DNA from: an uncultured Actinomycetota bacterium
Lineage (GTDB): Bacteria > Actinomycetota > Geothermincolia > Geothermincolales > RBG-13-55-18
Direction: 5' to 3'
Assembly: GCA_964510515.1 (NCBI GenBank)
Contig: CAZEAU010000001.1
Span: 100,503 to 164,502 of the forward strand
Length of the DNA: 64,000 nucleotides
Shown here: positions 59,163-64,000 of the stretch, one piece after another
How the letters are laid out: the number at the start of each line of letters is the position of its first letter
Position numbering within the stretch: the stretch's first letter is position 1
Notes under the pieces: generated by a model
What the model was told of the DNA's origin: nothing
Database searches by the model: none
Seen by the model: only the letters and a program-made list of their open reading frames with translations
Translations under genes and position numbers: made by a program

Positions 59163-59738
59163 ATGGAAGCGAAGGGTTCGAGAAGGAGGAAAGGCTGCCT
59201 GGCGAGGCCGGGGGCGGAAGGGCCGCTCCGCACCTCCCAGGAGGGCTTCACGCTCATCGAGCTGTCCATCGTGGTGATGATACTGGGCATCATCCTGACC
59301 ATCGCGGGGCTGAACTACGCCAACATCAGCAGAGGGATCAACATGGACGGCGCAAAGAAACAGATAGAGGCCGCCCTGAACCAGGCGAAGACGGCCGCGC
59401 GGCAGGAGAATGTCAGCTATCGCATGATGGTCTATCCCTCCAGTCATGCCTCTCACCCCAACAGTTACGAATTCCTGCATAACGTCGAGGACGGAGGTAC
59501 GTGGGAGATGACCGCAGTGGACCTGACCGCATCCGGCGAGAGGGTCAACGGCGGGTCCGACCGCTGGCTGGTGCAACTGGAGGGCAACGTCCAGATAAGC
59601 GGCGGCGAGGTGATGGAGATAACCTTCAGGCCCGTAGGTACAATCATGGATGTCACTCCGGCGACAATCGAGCTGAGGAGCGGGAACCAGGCGGGGAGCG
59701 TCTCCGTAGACGCGCTGGGGAGGGTAACGTTGCATTGA
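59163..59738 (+). CDS. type IV pilin-like protein with long (about 28-aa) leader and prepilin-peptidase-type N-terminus
   Basis: ...QEG|FTLIELSIVVMILGIILTIAGL class III signal/N-methylation motif. Confidence 0.7.
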   Translation: MEAKGSRRRKGCLARPGAEGPLRTSQEGFTLIELSIVVMILGIILTIAGLNYANISRGINMDGAKKQIEAALNQAKTAARQENVSYRMMVYPSSHASHPNSYEFLHNVEDGGTWEMTAVDLTASGERVNGGSDRWLVQLEGNVQISGGEVMEITFRPVGTIMDVTPATIELRSGNQAGSVSVDALGRVTLH

Positions 59739-59840
59739 CGGATATGAGATATGAGAAGAGATTTTGATGACAAACGGGGTTATCGTGCAGGCAAACATCA
59801 GCATCGGGGGCTTCGGGCAAAAAGGGAGGCGGTTCCTTTG

Positions 59841-61943
59841 ATGTGGCTGCGAAGGAGAGGCGGCAAAGAAGGCGGCTTCACTCTAGCGGAGATACTCGTG
59901 GCGGGCCTGATACTCGTGGTCGCCCTTATACCCATAGTGAGGATGTTCGACACCTCGTTCGCGGGCATAAGGTCTTTATCAGGCGTGCATAAAAGCGTCG
60001 CCTTGGGACAGAAGGTCATGGAGGAAATAAAGTCCATGCCCTACTATGTCCCCTGCGATGAGGAGCAGGGAAAAGTAGACATCGATGACCATTTCTGGGG
60101 TGACCGCAGCCCCGTCAACTACAATCCAGCGAGCGGTGATGAGCCGGACTGGGAAAGCATACCCGAGGTCACGATCCCGAAATACGCCTACGGGAACATC
60201 GATAAACACCACGAGTACCGCGTCGGGGTGAAGCTGTCCTACATGGGCGAGAACATGAAGCCAGTGGAGATGAAGGAGGACTGGGGGCCCATGAAGGTTG
60301 CTTATGACCACCCCCGGGACAAGGATAACAGGAGCATCCAACTCCTGCTCGTCCAGGTGAACGTTTACACCATGAAGGGACAGGACGAGGTCGAGGAGCA
60401 TCGCGTGGAGGCCATCGTTACCGCCACTGAAGCGGTGTACGGCTTGGGGATTACACGCATCATTGTCGACGGCCCAGACGAAATACTGGGAAGCCGCAGC
60501 GACGCGGCGGCCCACGATCCCAATAAAACCATCGACGTCACCATCGAGGGATGGGGCTTCATGCCCACTAACGACCCCAATAAGAAATTCGAAGTCCAGC
60601 TGGAAAGGCCCGATTTCAACCCCGTGGAGATCACCATCCCCAATATCAACGCCTGTACGGATACCGTCATCAAGGGCAAGGTGACGCTTGGCACAAGCAA
60701 AAATAACAACGACGCAAAGAACAAATGGAAGCCAAGAGAACCGATCGGGTACTGGTCCGTGAAAGTAAGGCAGGACATAACGTCCACCTACCTCTACAAC
60801 GGCTTCATCTGTGAATACCCCGCCCCAAGGATATCTGACTACGGGAACGATGCCAATCATCCCAACCTACCGTTCAAGCTTCCCGCCATGTCGAAGGTGG
60901 GTTACAAGGGATGGGGCACGCTGCATCTCAAGGTGCAGGGAGGATACTTCATAAATATCTCCGGGGTCGCCAGCGGTCCCACCGTCAGGCTCGTCGAGGA
61001 CGTGGAGGGGAGCCCTCACGCTGTTACTGGAGTCATCACCAGCCTGAACACCACGGATAATGGCTACAGCAGTTCGGGATGCGAGATGCTGGTGGAATTC
61101 GACATCACTGGAGAGGATGTACCACCCGGCGACTACAGGCTGGAGGTCATCAACACCCAGCCCGAGGTGGTCGGGCATGTTTCCTCGGGGTTGAGCGAGC
61201 AAGCCTACAGGATAGAGGAGGCCCCCGCCTGGCAGGCCACCATAGACGACTTCAGCCCCGACTCCGGATACGGGTTCTACGAGAATTACTACGATGTCCC
61301 GTCCACCATCACCGGCACCAACCTCTCGGAGGTGAGCATGGTGGTCATCCGCAGCGGGGACGGCGTGCTCTACGACATAACTGACGACTGCACCCTCGGA
61401 GAAGACGGGCAGATCCCGGTGAACCTCAATCTCATAGGCTGCGACCACGAGAAGGGCTGGGAGATGAGGGCCTACCACTCCTCGGGGGCTTACGCCGCCA
61501 GGGATTTCGACGTGACACTGGGCAGGGCGGTGATGCTCGAGAAGGGCGACCCAAAGAAGCCGGTGAGGATAGAGCGGTATGAAAAGAACATTTTGGGGAA
61601 TTGGGTCTACAATAGCGTGAGTGAGGAGACTGGCACGGAACCCGCGAACCTGGCTTATGCCCGCAAGTCCGCTATTTTCACGGAAAGGGCTGCCATTTTC
61701 GAGGTGAAGGGCATGGGCTTTCCCATGAACGGCACCACCTATCTGGAGATGTACGGGGGCGGGAAGGTGTGGGCCGGAAACTACAACGTGCAGACCGACA
61801 GGGAAAGCAAGCTGGTCTGGATAAGGTCCGACAGGTTCATCATGCCCAATACCACCTGGGACGACGGGGGAATAAAGGTACGGAACGGCGTCGGGCAGGA
61901 ACACAATGTCGTGTCGCGCTGGAGGCTCATGGATACATGGTAG
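59841..61943 (+). CDS. large (700-aa) prepilin-type N-terminal domain protein (minor pilin / tip-associated candidate)
   Basis: GGFTLAEILVAGLILVVALIP prepilin motif after RBS AAAGGGAGG; beta-rich remainder. Confidence 0.65.
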   Translation: MWLRRRGGKEGGFTLAEILVAGLILVVALIPIVRMFDTSFAGIRSLSGVHKSVALGQKVMEEIKSMPYYVPCDEEQGKVDIDDHFWGDRSPVNYNPASGDEPDWESIPEVTIPKYAYGNIDKHHEYRVGVKLSYMGENMKPVEMKEDWGPMKVAYDHPRDKDNRSIQLLLVQVNVYTMKGQDEVEEHRVEAIVTATEAVYGLGITRIIVDGPDEILGSRSDAAAHDPNKTIDVTIEGWGFMPTNDPNKKFEVQLERPDFNPVEITIPNINACTDTVIKGKVTLGTSKNNNDAKNKWKPREPIGYWSVKVRQDITSTYLYNGFICEYPAPRISDYGNDANHPNLPFKLPAMSKVGYKGWGTLHLKVQGGYFINISGVASGPTVRLVEDVEGSPHAVTGVITSLNTTDNGYSSSGCEMLVEFDITGEDVPPGDYRLEVINTQPEVVGHVSSGLSEQAYRIEEAPAWQATIDDFSPDSGYGFYENYYDVPSTITGTNLSEVSMVVIRSGDGVLYDITDDCTLGEDGQIPVNLNLIGCDHEKGWEMRAYHSSGAYAARDFDVTLGRAVMLEKGDPKKPVRIERYEKNILGNWVYNSVSEETGTEPANLAYARKSAIFTERAAIFEVKGMGFPMNGTTYLEMYGGGKVWAGNYNVQTDRESKLVWIRSDRFIMPNTTWDDGGIKVRNGVGQEHNVVSRWRLMDTW

Positions 61944-61960
61944 GTCAAGGAGATGGAAGA

Positions 61961-62503
61961 ATGGACTTACGGGACAGGGTGAGGGGCGCGGGCGGCGAAG
62001 GCGGTTTCACCCTTGCCGAGCTCCTCGTTTTCCTGGCGATAATGGTGATATTCCTGATAGGGGTCGGGAGCATGATATCGTCGGGAGCCAGGAGTTCCGC
62101 CGCATCCCAGGGCCTTATCAGGATGGAGAACCAGGCCAACGAAGCCATGGTGGCCATAACCAGGCAGATAAGGGTCGCCAACGACATCGATGCCGCGAGC
62201 GGCACGCACTCGATAACCTTCAGCGGCTACCTTGACGGCTCAGTGCTGGAAACGGTGACCCTGTCGGTGCAGGAAGGGTACCTGATGCGAGGAGAAGACC
62301 CCTGGATAGCGGGCGTGGAGAGCATGCACCTCTCTTACTACGACGACAGGGGGAACCTGCTGGGTGCGGGAACCCCAGGTTGGAACACAAAGGTGAACAG
62401 GGTGGGGTTGGAGCTGGTTTTTGCCAGGGAGTCCATGGGGATCAGGCTGTCGAGAATATTCCAGGGCAGCGCCACCCTGAGGAACGACCTCGACGGGACT
62501 TGA
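61961..62503 (+). CDS. prepilin-type minor pilin
   Basis: GGFTLAELLVFLAIMVIFLIGV motif; about 180 aa; alternative in-frame start at 61937. Confidence 0.65.
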   Translation: MDLRDRVRGAGGEGGFTLAELLVFLAIMVIFLIGVGSMISSGARSSAASQGLIRMENQANEAMVAITRQIRVANDIDAASGTHSITFSGYLDGSVLETVTLSVQEGYLMRGEDPWIAGVESMHLSYYDDRGNLLGAGTPGWNTKVNRVGLELVFARESMGIRLSRIFQGSATLRNDLDGT

Positions 62504-62520
62504 CGAGGAGTTGATGGCAT

Positions 62521-64000
62521 ATGACGGGCGCGGTCAGGCGGCTTGTGAAGGGGGAGCGCGGCGGAACCCGGGACGAGGGAGGGTTCGCCATCATCATAGT
62601 GCTGGTCGCGCTGGTGATGCTGTCGGTCCTGGGGGCAATGAGTTTGCTGGTGATGGTCTCAGCCCTGCGGGGTGTGAGCAACCTGAAACCGGAGGACAAG
62701 GCGTTCCAGGTGGCCGAGGCAGCCCTGCACGTAGCGCATGCGAAGATCGTGAATAACGAGATCGGGGATGATGCGGTTGAACTGAAGGACGAAGGCGACA
62801 TCCTCGATGGCGAATACAACATAAGGATAGAGCGTGTCGTGGGATCTACTACCGATTACGTGGTTTGCTCTGAGGGTATTTACAGGCAGAAGGCAGGCGG
62901 GCAAGGAGAGGAAGAAGGAACGGTTTACCGGCGCAGGATCAGGGAAGAGGTCTCTTACAGCGGCATGCAGGCCTTCGATGTCATGCGCAAATACCTCCTC
63001 TTCGCTAACAATGACATCAACATAACCCTCGACGACCTATTTAACCTAAGCGTGCCGGCGACGGTAAACGGCTCCATCAGGGCGGAGAGGAATGTCAACA
63101 TAAGGAACCAGCCGGCGGTCAGCCTGGGTGACGGCTTGACCTTCAACGGAGATGTCGAGGGCGTAAGCAAGGTGTATGTGGAGACTGCCCCCAAGATCGC
63201 GGGGGGGGTGAACACCAAAATACTGGGAGATATAAAGACCGGGATGGTTGGCGGGCCTAATAACGGGGTAGTTGACCTGTATGTGGATGGCGGATTGGTC
63301 TCCGGCGGTAAGATAGGTGGTGCCGCGAACTTCGCATGGTCGTTGTTGCACGGGTGGCACACGACTGATAAGTGGAAAATATACTGCGGCACGCTTTTGC
63401 AGAGGAAGAACTTTTGGGGAGATCACTTCGTTGGGGATCGCATGAACGAACCGGGCTGCGAGCCTGTCTATGTCCCAGAACCGGATTTCGCCTACTATAA
63501 AGCCTTGGCGCAGGAGCAGCACAAACTGACGGGAAAGAACTATGTCCAGGGAGACCTCAACCTCAACGGCAGAGAAATCAACGAGTTCGTGCCGCCCGGC
63601 TCCTCCGTGGCCGTGATCTACGCGACCGGCAATATAAACCTGCGGGGCTTACTGTGGAACCAGGGCAATGTCAAGGCGACCTTCATCTGCGAGGGCAATT
63701 TCACCTCCACGGAGACGTTCACCGCCCTCTACAACATGCAGTGCCAGGTGATAGCCGGGGGCGACGCTACCTTCAACAACAGCTGGTCGTTTCCGCAGAT
63801 TGTCAGGGATGACACGGCCTTCTTCGTGTGGGCGGGCAACGACGCCAACATCAACATGGGCATGTGGTCGGGGAACTCCATGCAGGTGACGGCCATGAAC
63901 GACGTCAACGTGAGCAGCGCGAACCTGTTCGACCTCTGCTGGGTCAGATACAGGCCTCCCGACGTGGATATCGCCGGCTTTTCCATCGACATCACCGTCA
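62521..64000 (+). CDS. PilX-like minor pilin/pilus-associated protein, 3' end truncated by window edge (not in ORF track because it runs off the end)
   Basis: Own translation from ATG 62521: MTGAVRRLVKGERGGTRDEGGFAIIIVLVALVMLSVLGAMSLLV... (PilX N-terminal type), open to position 64000; RBS GAGGAG 8 nt upstream. Confidence 0.6.
   Translation, partial: MTGAVRRLVKGERGGTRDEGGFAIIIVLVALVMLSVLGAMSLLVMVSALRGVSNLKPEDKAFQVAEAALHVAHAKIVNNEIGDDAVELKDEGDILDGEYNIRIERVVGSTTDYVVCSEGIYRQKAGGQGEEEGTVYRRRIREEVSYSGMQAFDVMRKYLLFANNDINITLDDLFNLSVPATVNGSIRAERNVNIRNQPAVSLGDGLTFNGDVEGVSKVYVETAPKIAGGVNTKILGDIKTGMVGGPNNGVVDLYVDGGLVSGGKIGGAANFAWSLLHGWHTTDKWKIYCGTLLQRKNFWGDHFVGDRMNEPGCEPVYVPEPDFAYYKALAQEQHKLTGKNYVQGDLNLNGREINEFVPPGSSVAVIYATGNINLRGLLWNQGNVKATFICEGNFTSTETFTALYNMQCQVIAGGDATFNNSWSFPQIVRDDTAFFVWAGNDANINMGMWSGNSMQVTAMNDVNVSSANLFDLCWVRYRPPDVDIAGFSIDITV

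Overview
This is a high-GC (about 68%) chromosomal segment with actinobacterial-type synteny (PI/PIM lipid operon pgsA-htrB-pimA; alaS-ruvX-mltG-aroE...aroC-aroK-aroB-aroQ). I call about 60 protein genes, all on the + strand. The long minus-strand ORFs in the track all overlap recognisable + strand genes and look like GC-rich frame artefacts. Housekeeping content: PI/PIM lipid synthesis plus an inositol-monophosphatase-family gene, lemA-htpX, pdxS, yebC-ruvCAB, queH-queA-tgt-yajC-secD-secF, relA/spoT, dtd, hisS-aspS, ispH, an acetate module (acs-satP-CoA-transferase/GNAT fusion), rarA, iscU, alaS-ruvX-mltG, aroE, and a type IV pilus cluster (pilB-pilT-pilC, HTH, pilM-pilN-pilO plus a PilP-like gene) interleaved with aroC-aroK-aroB-aroQ and followed by four prepilin-type genes. 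The most unusual region is a 9-gene island (about 37.6-46.6 kb) inserted between mltG and aroE. It has a V4R-domain protein, a [NiFe]-hydrogenase-like small/large subunit pair whose large subunit has altered Ni-Fe ligand motifs, and a 2x[4Fe-4S] ferredoxin, with no maturation genes in the window. These are followed by three tandem Roadblock/LC7 (MglB/CvnB-like) proteins, a 1183-aa PATAN/DUF4388 protein with a very long acidic tandem-repeat tail, and a CvnD/MglA-family small GTPase. I read the last five genes as a conservon-like Ras-type GTPase module lacking the usual CvnA sensor kinase, possibly coupled to the hydrogenase-like proteins and/or the adjacent type IV pilus machinery. Smaller signals: several AT-rich islands with near-consensus sigma70 promoter hexamers, a 14-lysine tail on SecF encoded by an (AAG)14 repeat, and a 330-nt structured non-coding gap that might hold an sRNA. 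I found no rRNA, tRNA, CRISPR array or mobile element.
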